Virus record (IMG/VR): IMGVR_UViG_2925939204_000004
Span: 1-23,505 of that record
Direction: 5' to 3' (one strand)
Length of the DNA stretch: 23,505 bases
From: a virus
Taxonomy: Duplodnaviria > Heunggongvirae > Uroviricota > Caudoviricetes
The notes beneath the pieces are model-generated. The model was not told the origin of the DNA and made no database searches. It saw only the letters and a program-made list of their open reading frames with translations. Within the stretch, counting starts at the first letter, position 1; each line of letters begins with the position of its first letter. Position numbers and translations under genes: made by a program. This document shows positions 8,541 through 16,789 of this stretch, in pieces.

Positions 8541-9719
8541 TTATAAAGAATTGCTACTTTCTAATTCTGGGTTTCTGGATCTATTTTTACAACCTAAATC
8601 CGAGTGGTAATTCGGTATATCGTTTGTCAAATCTTGTTTGATAGCATTAATTAAGATCATTATGTCGAATTTATGCATATCGTCGCCCCCTTCAGACCTT
8701 AGATGTTCGGATGTGGTGAGTTGAGTCGCTAATTTGCTGTTTGGCCCCCACACAATATTATTTTCGAATTTTCCTTCATGCATTCTGTTATTATATATAC
8801 AGTATTGTCTAATGTTTAATGCACTGGCTAAATGTACAATGGCAGTATCTACAGTTATAACAAAATCAGCATGGCGAACCAATGCAAATGAACATCCGGC
8901 ATCAGAAAATGGAGATAGAGACACATTATCCAATCCATTGTGATTAATCTGTTTTCCCATATTAAAAACTATTGTGTGATATCCCTTAAGGTTATTAAGG
9001 TAAGCTAGTACTTTGTTTATCTGTTCATCAGATAAGGTTCTGCTATTCTGAGAGCCATAAGGGTTAAATATAACTAATTTTTTGTTTTTCTTCCTGAATT
9101 CATTTGCAACAATATTTGCTGGTTCATATATTTTGTTGTCAAAATTAAGCGCTGCAGCATAATTATTATTTTTTATCTTTAGTAAAGATAAAACTTTTTT
9201 CATTCTTTCAGATGTGTGAATGGAACGATTATCGATTATATTTGTATCAAAAATAGTTACGGCAGGATGATTAAAACAGATAGAGTGTTTAGGTCTAAGT
9301 AAATGTAGTGTTTGCAATCTGGTTATCGCTGTGTTATCAAAATTTGAGAAGTCAACAACAAGATCTACATTCAGTTTTTTTATCTTTGCTTTTAGTTCGT
9401 TAAATTTATTTTTCTCGTAAGATATAAAGGCATCCACGCCAACAATATCAGTAAAGAGGAATGATACTCTTGAAGGTGCTATCACATATACCACCATACC
9501 GGATTTTTGAAGTTGTTTAATAAACCCTGAGGTAACGATGCCGTCACCAATGGCTTGCATGTGCATGAAAATGCACACTGTTTTATAACTATCCGGCTGT
9601 AATGATGTTTTCCTTCTGTATCGCATTTTTAGAAATGCCAGTCTGGCCTTCGTCTTTATCTTTTTTGTTTTAATATTTCGCTGTCTGTTAAGCTGTTTTA
9701 ATGATGAAATAACATTCAT
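8541..9719 (-). CDS. GT9-like (heptosyltransferase-fold) glycosyltransferase, AT-rich cargo
   Basis: Very AT-rich ORF. N-terminal VCIFMHMQAIGDGIV...VYVIAPS and C-terminal KKLVIFNPYGSQNSRTLSDEQ and ADFVITVDTAIVHLASALNI resemble GT9 motifs. Start uncertain: the tracked ORF begins at TTG 9779 and the ATG at 9719 has only a weak SD. Confidence 0.5.
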   Translation of the reverse strand: MNVISSLKQLNRQRNIKTKKIKTKARLAFLKMRYRRKTSLQPDSYKTVCIFMHMQAIGDGIVTSGFIKQLQKSGMVVYVIAPSRVSFLFTDIVGVDAFISYEKNKFNELKAKIKKLNVDLVVDFSNFDNTAITRLQTLHLLRPKHSICFNHPAVTIFDTNIIDNRSIHTSERMKKVLSLLKIKNNNYAAALNFDNKIYEPANIVANEFRKKNKKLVIFNPYGSQNSRTLSDEQINKVLAYLNNLKGYHTIVFNMGKQINHNGLDNVSLSPFSDAGCSFALVRHADFVITVDTAIVHLASALNIRQYCIYNNRMHEGKFENNIVWGPNSKLATQLTTSEHLRSEGGDDMHKFDIMILINAIKQDLTNDIPNYHSDLGCKNRSRNPELESSNSL

Positions 9720-9813
9720 AATGGTACCCTGAAATTCCAAATCACACATGTCATCCGAAATGAGCAGGGTACTATACAAAAAACTGGACTACAATGGTTT
9801 GAAATGAAAGCCT

Positions 9814-10413
9814 TTATGCTTGTTTACTCCTTGATTCCACTGGGGAAGCTGGCCACTCAATATCCGGTGCTCTTGATGTATCAACACGGTTCAGCAGCAC
9901 TCGATACTTCTTCCAGGCTTCCAGCAACGAGATTTCTTCCTCCGTTGCGATTTCCAGATCTACAGCATCCTGAAGTGGCGCAATATGCTCACTGGCTACC
10001 TGCATCAGGCTGTTTTTTGTTTCTTCTGCCTCCCGGATCCGGAACAGTTTTTCTGCTTCCGTATCCTTCACCCAGGCTGTGCCGTTCCACTTCTGATATT
10101 CCCCTTCCGGCGACGACCAGGTAACATTTTCCGGTAACGGACCGAGTTCAGAAATAAATAACGCGTCGCCGGAAGCCACGTCATAAACCGTTTTACCACG
10201 ATGATCTTCAACGAGATGCCAAGACGCCCCATCACTGTTGAAAACAGCCACGAAGCCAGCTGGAATATCTGGCGGAGCAATATCAGTACTATTTGCAGGC
10301 AGACCTGTATGAGGTGGAATGTATGCATCACCTTCACCAATAAATTCATTGGTTCCGACCAGCAGATTATAAATTTTTATGGTTCGTGGTTGTTCACTCA
10401 TTCTGAATGCCAT
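9814..10413 (-). CDS. Tail fibre assembly protein (Tfa, P2 gpG-like)
   Basis: 199 aa with conserved C-terminal [26 protein letters not shown]. Its ATG overlaps the stop of the upstream tail fibre ORF (TAATG). Confidence 0.85.
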   Translation of the reverse strand: MAFRMSEQPRTIKIYNLLVGTNEFIGEGDAYIPPHTGLPANSTDIAPPDIPAGFVAVFNSDGASWHLVEDHRGKTVYDVASGDALFISELGPLPENVTWSSPEGEYQKWNGTAWVKDTEAEKLFRIREAEETKNSLMQVASEHIAPLQDAVDLEIATEEEISLLEAWKKYRVLLNRVDTSRAPDIEWPASPVESRSKQA

Positions 10414-11480
10414 TATGCAAGCCTCACAATATAGTTAAATGCGATGTTTTTTACGGTGTTTTCCGCGTTGCCATAAGCGGCAATGGTAATGGTGTGTGTG
10501 TGCGAACCAATAGCGAGCGTATGTGTATGCGCACCTATTGCTACTGTGTGAGTATGAGCTCCTGCGCTTAATACGCGATTACTTGCTGTCTTGCTTGTGT
10601 TAGTTGCATGCATTCCACCACCGGTACCGGGAGTTTCTGCGTATGCTGAAGTATTGTTGTAAGCAAAGTTGTGTGTATGTGCTCCGGTGTTATTTGTGGA
10701 TTTAGTTCCGTAATCAAACGACGATGTGGTTTTCGTCCCCAAATCCGTACTGGATGCGCTGGCGCTGTGGGTGTGCGATTTAATGCCGTCCTGTTCCTGA
10801 GACAATACGGCCCGACCACTGGCAGGTTTGCCCTTAATCGTCCAGCCACGCATATCAGGGATCACGCCTGACGGATAAGCGACTGCAAGTTTCGGGTAGG
10901 CAGATTTGTCAAAAGTCTGCCCCTGCATCAGGGCATAACCAGACGGAACGGTATCCGATGGCCACGGGATTGGTGCGCCAGGCGGATAAAACTGCTCTGA
11001 TGGCGTATAGAGTGAATAAACTGTACCGTCCGTTAACCCTTCCGGCTTATTAGCAGAATATGCTGGTGACGGATGAATCGTTACGCTGGCATTACTGGTA
11101 TAATCCCATTGAATATTTACACCAGTCGCATAATTTCCGATTGCAACGTAAATATCGTAAGTATCACCAGATGTATTGACCCAGGCAAAATTTGTAAACC
11201 CTGCCGATGTGCGCTGCCATAAAGCACCAGTAATCCCCTTCGGATTACCATTACCTGCACGCAAAACAATTTCAGATATACCTGCCTGTTGAGGTGAACC
11301 GACGTTATATCCAGCGCCACCAATCAACGTAATTGAAACAACAGAACTCGCCTGTGGCATGGTTACCGTTGCTAATTTGAACCAACCAGCACCACCTCTG
11401 AATGACATTGTTGTTGAGTTAAGCGTACCAATATCTTTCGGTGTCAGTGTTATATCCGCTGAAAGCGCCTTACCATTCAC
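10413..11480 (-). CDS. Tail fibre protein, C-terminal receptor-binding region; N-terminally truncated relative to P2 gpH
   Basis: C-terminus carries [24 protein letters not shown] fibre repeats. The ORF opens only with GTG 21 nt after an in-frame stop. An ATG-AGT (Met-Ser) start sits right after the I stop but hits a stop after 6 codons. Confidence 0.55.
   Translation of the reverse strand: MNGKALSADITLTPKDIGTLNSTTMSFRGGAGWFKLATVTMPQASSVVSITLIGGAGYNVGSPQQAGISEIVLRAGNGNPKGITGALWQRTSAGFTNFAWVNTSGDTYDIYVAIGNYATGVNIQWDYTSNASVTIHPSPAYSANKPEGLTDGTVYSLYTPSEQFYPPGAPIPWPSDTVPSGYALMQGQTFDKSAYPKLAVAYPSGVIPDMRGWTIKGKPASGRAVLSQEQDGIKSHTHSASASSTDLGTKTTSSFDYGTKSTNNTGAHTHNFAYNNTSAYAETPGTGGGMHATNTSKTASNRVLSAGAHTHTVAIGAHTHTLAIGSHTHTITIAAYGNAENTVKNIAFNYIVRLA
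10470..10565 (-). repeat. Tandem degenerate coding repeats (about 24 bp, HTHT-x-AIG units) inside the tail fibre gene
   Basis: Three consecutive units visible in both the DNA and the translation. Confidence 0.4.
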
Positions 11481-11504
11481 CTTACGGGCAGAAGGTACTC
11501 ATGC

Positions 11505-12467
11505 TTAATCGTCCGGATAAATGGTAATGACTTCACCGTCGTAAGTTGCTGCCGCCGCGAAAATATCCCCCGGAATTTCCTGAATGATATTCAGCCCTGT
11601 CATGTGGCGGCTGACCGGGCGGGCATCAGCAATCAACCGCTCCATTTCCAGATACATTTCCTCCGTCACGCCACTGTCCAGCGTGCCGACTTCAACGGTA
11701 AATGTTCCCGGTTCTCCGCCGAACTCCCACCACTCAGACACGCGAATGAGGTATCCCAGCGGCTCAATGGCCCGGCGCAGTGCGCTGATGGTTCCTTTGT
11801 GTCGGTGTATCAGCCATGCATCACGAATCACCTGTCGCTTTGTCTCTTCCGGCCAGTTGCGATCCCAGCGGTCAACGGAAAACGCCCAGGCGAGATAAGG
11901 CAGCAGATGCACCGGGCAGGTGTCCGGCGACCACAGCGTGTTGAGGTCTACCGGAATGTCTGTAACGTCCTGAAGCAGCTTGTTGGTGCTGAAGTTGGAC
12001 TCATCTGCGTGAGACGTGCCGTTGAAACCGATCATGATGCGGTCAAGCGCCACCTGCCGGGCAATCTGTGTGCTGACGCGTGACTGAAAATCAGGGTGTG
12101 CCGCCCAGGCATCAAGCTGCGGATACGAAATAAACGTGTCGTAGTTCACCTGTTCGCACTGATATTTACGGTTTTTCAGATCAACCACGTTATTCGGGTT
12201 ACGGCGTTTTGTGCCGTCATAACTGGTATTCGTGCGCGCAATCGGCCCGGTGGTGTCCAGGAGGATTTTTTCGCCTTTCTGGTCGGTCACACCGAACACG
12301 TTAATTTTTTTTGTAAATTCAGTGCTCTCCTTTACTGCGTTTTCAAAACGCTGCTGCACCGAGGGTTCCACGGTAAATCGCGATACCAGTGCAGATACCG
12401 GGATGTTGTTAAGCGACGCCTGCTGCGCCATATAGCAACCCAGCTTGTTGCGGGTAATATCTGACAT
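11505..12467 (-). CDS. Chimeric ORF: N-terminal half of major capsid protein gpN fused in frame to tail protein gpI (deletion remnant)
   Basis: Residues 1 to about 172 resemble gpN (FTVEPSV, RKYQCEQVNYDTFISYPQLDAWA, IMIGFNGT). From about 11965 downstream the protein resembles gpI (LWSPDTCPVHLLPYLAWAFSVDRWDRNWPEE, LGYLIRVSEWWE, MERLIADARPVSRH). Confidence 0.7.
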   Translation of the reverse strand: MSDITRNKLGCYMAQQASLNNIPVSALVSRFTVEPSVQQRFENAVKESTEFTKKINVFGVTDQKGEKILLDTTGPIARTNTSYDGTKRRNPNNVVDLKNRKYQCEQVNYDTFISYPQLDAWAAHPDFQSRVSTQIARQVALDRIMIGFNGTSHADESNFSTNKLLQDVTDIPVDLNTLWSPDTCPVHLLPYLAWAFSVDRWDRNWPEETKRQVIRDAWLIHRHKGTISALRRAIEPLGYLIRVSEWWEFGGEPGTFTVEVGTLDSGVTEEMYLEMERLIADARPVSRHMTGLNIIQEIPGDIFAAAATYDGEVITIYPDD

Positions 12468-12502
12468 CACCAGATTCATAAAAAATTTGCTCCTTTGTCT
12501 TA

Positions 12503-13339
12503 TCAGAAGTCAGCCAGTTGATCGGAGGCTGCGCCCGTTGCGGTGAACCGGTTCTGCGGATCGCCGTCCTGCGTGCGCAGTTTTTCCTTCAGTGCTGTCA
12601 GCTCTGTGGTCAGTAAAGTGATTTTCTGGCTGTCCTGCTGATGGCGGGTTTCCAGCGCATTAAAACGGTCGATAATGTCGGCCTGTGACGTTGCGACACC
12701 TTCCACCGCTTCCTGAATACGGGAGAAACTGGCGTCATCCGCTTTGCGGCCACGGCCAATAATCCCCATAACGCGGTTAAACCACTGGGTGCCTTCTTCC
12801 TGACGTTGTTCGGTGAGTTCGATAAGTTCTGACTCCATAGCGGCGGTAAACATCGCCACGTCTCCCTGCTGACAGTTGAATGTCATCAGTTGCATACGTT
12901 GTTGTGCCGCAAAGACCAGACGTTCCGTGCCCAGGCTGGCAGGGGTGTCGGTCATTGCCAGCCCGCGCAGGTAAGGGCCTCCCGTGATGGTTGACTGTGG
13001 TTCCAGCTCAATACTGGAGTAAATTTTTTTACCATCGTTAAGCAGGGACATCATGCGAGCGGTCGGCTCAATTTCGGCATACAGTGCCGTGCGGCCTGCC
13101 AGCGGGCCATCGGTTATGTCTTCGGTGCTCAACCCCACAACATCGCCCATAGCGGAAAACTCGCTACCGGGGAGTGGTGACAGGATGTGCTCAATATTCA
13201 CACGTGCACCATAAACGGACGGGTTATAACTGGTGGCGGCAGCTTTCAGCATGTCGCCGTTGATTTCGCGCCCGTCTGCCGTTACACCGGAGACAGCCAC
13301 GCGAAACTTTTTGCGGGATGTCTTTTTTTCATTAGCCAT
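12503..13339 (-). CDS. O: Capsid scaffolding protein (P2 gpO family)
   Basis: Translation MANEKKTSRKKFRVAVSGVTADGREI...VYGARVNIEH resembles gpO. GAGGGG SD precedes ATG 13337-13339; the tracked ORF's upstream extension was rejected. Confidence 0.85.
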   Translation of the reverse strand: MANEKKTSRKKFRVAVSGVTADGREINGDMLKAAATSYNPSVYGARVNIEHILSPLPGSEFSAMGDVVGLSTEDITDGPLAGRTALYAEIEPTARMMSLLNDGKKIYSSIELEPQSTITGGPYLRGLAMTDTPASLGTERLVFAAQQRMQLMTFNCQQGDVAMFTAAMESELIELTEQRQEEGTQWFNRVMGIIGRGRKADDASFSRIQEAVEGVATSQADIIDRFNALETRHQQDSQKITLLTTELTALKEKLRTQDGDPQNRFTATGAASDQLADF

Positions 13340-13499
13340 AGTTTTTGCCCCTCTGACTGGTTCTTCAGTCATGATGGCAAAGCGTAACAGGCTGATACAA
13401 AGGGCTTTTGTTGTAAGAAAACGGCCAGAACAGGGGGTTAAGGAGAACGGTTTCGCGCGCGGGTAATCTTCCTGTAGCGATCTTGAATCATGGTGGTAT

Positions 13500-14105
13500 G
13501 TGCAGGATGGCAAGGATGCGTTCCAGTTTCGCCCTGGCAAAGTGTGCCACCTGATGAATCCTGACATTAACCAGGAAATCTACGGCATGCCGGAATATCT
13601 CGGCGCATTACTCTCGGCCAGCCTGTCTCATTCGGCGGACATGTTCAGAAAACTGTATTACGACAACGGATCCCACGCCGGGTGCATCATCTACATCGGT
13701 GCAGCGCAGGTAAACCGCGAAAGCATGGACTCCCTGAAAGAAACGCTACAGGGTGCACGTGGTGGCGGTGCGTTTAAAAACGTGCTCATTCATGCGCCCA
13801 ACGGGGGCAAAGAGGGGGTGCAAATTTTGCCGTTCCAGCAGATCACCGCAAAGGATGAGTTCATGAATGTTAAGGCGGCATCCCGTGATGATGTGCTGGC
13901 TGCGCACCGCGTTCCGCCGCAACTGATGGGGGCGATGCCGGGTGAAAAAAGTGCGTTTGGTGATGTGGAGAAGGCCGCGCGGGTTTACGCAATTAACGAG
14001 CTGATGCCCGTCATGGAGGCCATGAAGCACATCAATGACTGGCTTGGCGAAGAGGTGATCCGCTTTAACCCTTACGCACTGTTAGATACCCAGCCCACAT
14101 CCTGA
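13500..14105 (+). pseudogene. Portal protein (P2 gpQ family), C-terminal fragment of about 200 aa
   Basis: Contains PDINQEIYGMPEYL and RDDVLAAHRVPPQLMG portal motifs but begins with GTG only 160 bp from the divergent O start. There is no room for the N-terminal portal half or for the terminase gene P. Confidence 0.65.
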
Positions 14106-14130
14106 CGCGCTTCGCTTGTCTGCTGCTTCG

Positions 14131-14157
14131 CCGGGGCATAAAAAATTTATGCCCCGG
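14131..14157 (+). terminator. Perfect 12-bp-stem hairpin (CCGGGGCATAAA aaa TTTATGCCCCGG) after the portal fragment
   Basis: 27-nt perfect palindrome 26 nt after the Q stop. No U tract follows, so it may be a structural or recognition element rather than a terminator. Confidence 0.3.
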
Positions 14158-14443
14158 CTCTCCAGCTCCTGTATCAATCAGATAATTTCACGACGCTTTT
14201 CTGCTTATTGCCATCATCGGCGGTCAGACTCTTACGCAATCCCACCGCGTTGACTGCATGTTCTTCGCCGCCTCAGTGCGATTTTGACGGCCTTACCTTT
14301 CACCCCATCAAATCAGAATCCCTCACGTATTTTTCACGCTCAGCGTGAGAAATACAGCCATTCTGTTGTGTCTCTGCGACATCGTTCAGGGAATGCTATT
14401 TACCCCCTGAAACGCGGGCTGTTCCCCCGTCACCTGCGCGCAG

Positions 14444-14487
14444 AAAAAACGCGTTTTTTTGTGCACGCACGGATCCCTGACGGATCC
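14444..14487. repeat. Palindrome cluster: AAAAAACGCGTTTTTT (16-bp perfect), GTGCAC, and CGGATCC-ctga-CGGATCC
   Basis: Read directly from the sequence; non-coding region between the portal fragment and the PIN gene terminator. Confidence 0.45.
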
Positions 14488-14530
14488 AGCCGCCACGCGG
14501 GCCGGAAGGGCAAAAAGTCGTTCAAAAAAA

Positions 14531-14570
14531 TTGTGCAAATTTGTGCACTATTGTGCATTGCGCACTTGTT
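14531..14570. repeat. Three TTGTGCA direct repeats at exact 10-bp phasing, followed by TTGCGCAC
   Basis: TTGTGCAaat / TTGTGCActa / TTGTGCAttg at 14531, 14541, 14551; a fourth TTGTGCA at 14459. Candidate protein-binding array. Confidence 0.45.
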
Positions 14571-14580
14571 ATAAATAAAC

Positions 14581-14605
14581 AAAAAAAGAGCCGCTATTGC
14601 GGCTC
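14581..14605 (-). terminator. Rho-independent terminator of the HTH-peptidase/PIN operon
   Basis: On the minus strand GAGCCGC-AATA-GCGGCTC is followed by a T7 run, 33 nt after the PIN gene stop. Confidence 0.7.
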
Positions 14606-14638
14606 AATATAATCCAATATGGCAAGAGAAATTTGGAT

Positions 14639-15157
14639 TCATTCGAAACTGGCAAGAATCTGTTCTCGAACAGAAGATTTCATCGTTAACCCACGATCTA
14701 GGAAAAATTGGAAATGCATTAAGGCTTGTTGTTTGTGTATAAGTCTCCTGCGCACAGCCTCTTGAAGTAGCCCTCCGTGGCGGGCGGCTTTTACACCGCG
14801 TTCCGCACACGTTTTATAAACCGCATTATCCGCCGAAAGACATGTTGCATCATGTATTCTCGCGTTAACAACGCAGCTTATGTCCGCATACTTCAATGCT
14901 CTCCTGCGATTTTTTATCTCAGCCATTTCAATAAAATGTTCAGGTTCGTAATCATTGGTGAAATTGTATGGAAGTTGCAGGCGTGTAAGCTGTTCCTGAA
15001 CATCAAGATTGTATTTAGCTTTTAGTTCCTCGCAGACATAGGGGTCAATCCACACACCACCCGGGTAAATTTGCCAGATAATATCTAAGCATTTACCTTC
15101 GTAAAAATCAGACAGTACATTCGTATCGATAACACATCTGGGGCATTCAAACGGCAT
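14639..15157 (-). CDS. PIN-like (VapC/DUF4411-like) putative nuclease; toxin or effector candidate
   Basis: Starts at ATG 15155-15157, overlapping the upstream gene's stop by 11 nt. N-terminus CVIDTNVLSDF with downstream acidic residues (CEELK, IHDATCLSADN) spaced as in PIN folds. AT-rich. Confidence 0.6.
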   Translation of the reverse strand: MPFECPRCVIDTNVLSDFYEGKCLDIIWQIYPGGVWIDPYVCEELKAKYNLDVQEQLTRLQLPYNFTNDYEPEHFIEMAEIKNRRRALKYADISCVVNARIHDATCLSADNAVYKTCAERGVKAARHGGLLQEAVRRRLIHKQQALMHFQFFLDRGLTMKSSVREQILASFE

Positions 15158-16292
15158 CCTCTCCGGCCTCCTGTTCGTCGTACCATTCATCCAGAAGATT
15201 GCTGAGAGCTTTTCTGTCTAATTCTAAAAGTTCAGATATGAAGGTTTCCGACGCGGAACCGGCTTCCCATGCTTTACGCGATAAGACGGTTAGGCGACCT
15301 TTATAATTTAGTGCTTCCCTAATGGGATTTGGCTCGTGTCTCTTCCAACCTTTACGATTGGCGGTTGCCCATAGGTATCTAGTGTTTTGTTGATTAATTA
15401 AATTACATTTACTAAGACGATCGATGATGCAAGTGGCTGATACTCTGAAAATGCTTTTTAGTCTAAGGACGGTTTCCTCATACGCCCATCCACCACCTTG
15501 CATGACGAATTGTTTTCGCAATGCGCTTTCTGGTACCAAAAAACAAGCAGCAAAGTGATTAGCAACTTTTTCTTCCGGTGAAATTGCTTTGCCATTAGTT
15601 TTATAGCTTTTAGCAGGGCCATGATACTCATCACGGTGGAAGATAAGATGAGCATATTCATGGCAAATACTGAAGATTTGACGTTCTATTGAAATGCTGT
15701 CGTGAACATTTACATAAATCGCGGTACCGTATTTGTTCGAAAACGCAGAAAATCCGAATACCATCCCTTTATCGGTTTCTTCGCGATTGAACGGGATTAC
15801 TCGAATATCCGATGCTTCCAAAATGGCTACAATGTCACCAACGCAAGTAGCGTTTCCTATACCAAGACGGAAACGTTCTTCCATAGCCTTATCTTCGACT
15901 CTTCGCAAATCTTCTGCTTTGGCGGTAAAAATAGGCATTGAGTTAGGAAGATCTTCTGGCAAATTAGCATCAGCAGCTTCCTCAATTGCATTGATATTTT
16001 TTAACTTTTCAATCAACTCATTGCGAAGTTTGGCATCCAACAAATCCGGACTATCTGCTCGCATTGCAAAACGAAACTCGCCATCATCTTGCTCATAAAA
16101 ATACCCGATAGGCTTATCGAAAATCTTGCAGAGCATGATGAGTTGGGTAACGCTTGGGACGCCTAACGCCTGCTCAAACTTACTGTAGGTTTGACGAACA
16201 ACACCGATCGCATCTGCGACGGCGCTTGCACTCATTCCCGCGTCGTTTCTGGCCTGAACCAAGCGTTCTGCTATACGCTGTTGAATGTTCAT
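15147..16292 (-). CDS. XRE-family HTH fused to an ImmA/IrrE-type (COG2856/M78) zinc metallopeptidase
   Basis: N-terminal HTH (QRIAERLVQARNDAGMSASAVADAIGVVRQTYSKFE) and an intact HEXXH motif in SICHEYAHLIFH. AGGTGA SD precedes the start. AT-rich. Confidence 0.7.
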   Translation of the reverse strand: MNIQQRIAERLVQARNDAGMSASAVADAIGVVRQTYSKFEQALGVPSVTQLIMLCKIFDKPIGYFYEQDDGEFRFAMRADSPDLLDAKLRNELIEKLKNINAIEEAADANLPEDLPNSMPIFTAKAEDLRRVEDKAMEERFRLGIGNATCVGDIVAILEASDIRVIPFNREETDKGMVFGFSAFSNKYGTAIYVNVHDSISIERQIFSICHEYAHLIFHRDEYHGPAKSYKTNGKAISPEEKVANHFAACFLVPESALRKQFVMQGGGWAYEETVLRLKSIFRVSATCIIDRLSKCNLINQQNTRYLWATANRKGWKRHEPNPIREALNYKGRLTVLSRKAWEAGSASETFISELLELDRKALSNLLDEWYDEQEAGEDAV

Positions 16293-16446
16293 ACGTCACC
16301 TGAATTTAACAATGGTGGCTCTTATGGGTTTAGATTGGTTAATTATTACTAACATTATGAATGGAGAGTTGCAAAAATCATAGTTAAATTATGCAAATTT
16401 CATGGAGCGTGATGTGGTGTGGGTTCACACTCTCTGCTGATTACAT

Positions 16447-16467
16447 CCAGGGCGGTTTCCGCCCTGG
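16447..16467 (-). terminator. GC-rich hairpin (CCAGGGCGG ttt CCGCCCTGG) after parR
   Basis: Perfect 9-bp stem 7 nt after the ParR stop; no U tract. Confidence 0.3.
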
Positions 16468-16473
16468 CTCTGC

Positions 16474-16785
16474 TTACTCAGGAAATAGCGCCCGGATATT
16501 TCCGGCCATCTGACTGGTTATCTGTGCGGTTGGTACTGGCTGTGACACGGGGCGTTCTGTCCTGGTTTGTGTCACGGATAACGCCTCATCGTCAGCCCAT
16601 GCAGCCAGTCGGTAAGCCTCTGCCGGATTCATTTTCAGAAGTGCCAGCCCGGCCAGAAAAGCCACGCGTTGGCCGCTTTTGCGGGCTTCTGGTGTAAGGC
16701 TGTCCAGCCAGGCGCATGCTTCGCCTTCGTTCTTGACGGCGGCGGGCTTCAGATAGAAACTTATCCGTCTGGTTGGTGTCGTCAT
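16474..16785 (-). CDS. parR: ParR/StbB-like centromere-binding adaptor
   Basis: Start at ATG 16783-16785 with AAGGAG SD, 4 nt after the parM stop. N-terminus RRISFYLKPAAV...AWLDSLTPEARKSGQRVAFLAGLAL resembles the ParR ribbon-helix-helix region. Confidence 0.65.
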   Translation of the reverse strand: MTTPTRRISFYLKPAAVKNEGEACAWLDSLTPEARKSGQRVAFLAGLALLKMNPAEAYRLAAWADDEALSVTQTRTERPVSQPVPTAQITSQMAGNIRALFPE

Positions 16786-16789
16786 TGGT

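Noticed and set aside
10440-10570. Short tandem repeats that could be mistaken for a CRISPR-like or VNTR array
   Set aside because: They are in-frame coding repeats (HTHT-x-AIG) of the tail fibre C-terminus, with no spacer structure.
14488-14515. Possible cos core (CCGCCACGCGGGCCGGAAGGGCAAAAAG) resembling the P2/186 19-nt cohesive end
   Set aside because: Only about 9 of 14 positions match from memory, too weak to call. It is kept as part of the candidate region, not as a feature.
14284-14574. 96-aa plus-strand ORF in the palindrome-rich region
   Set aside because: No SD, and the frame runs through the palindromes and TTGTGCA repeats. The region is better explained as non-coding regulatory or packaging DNA.
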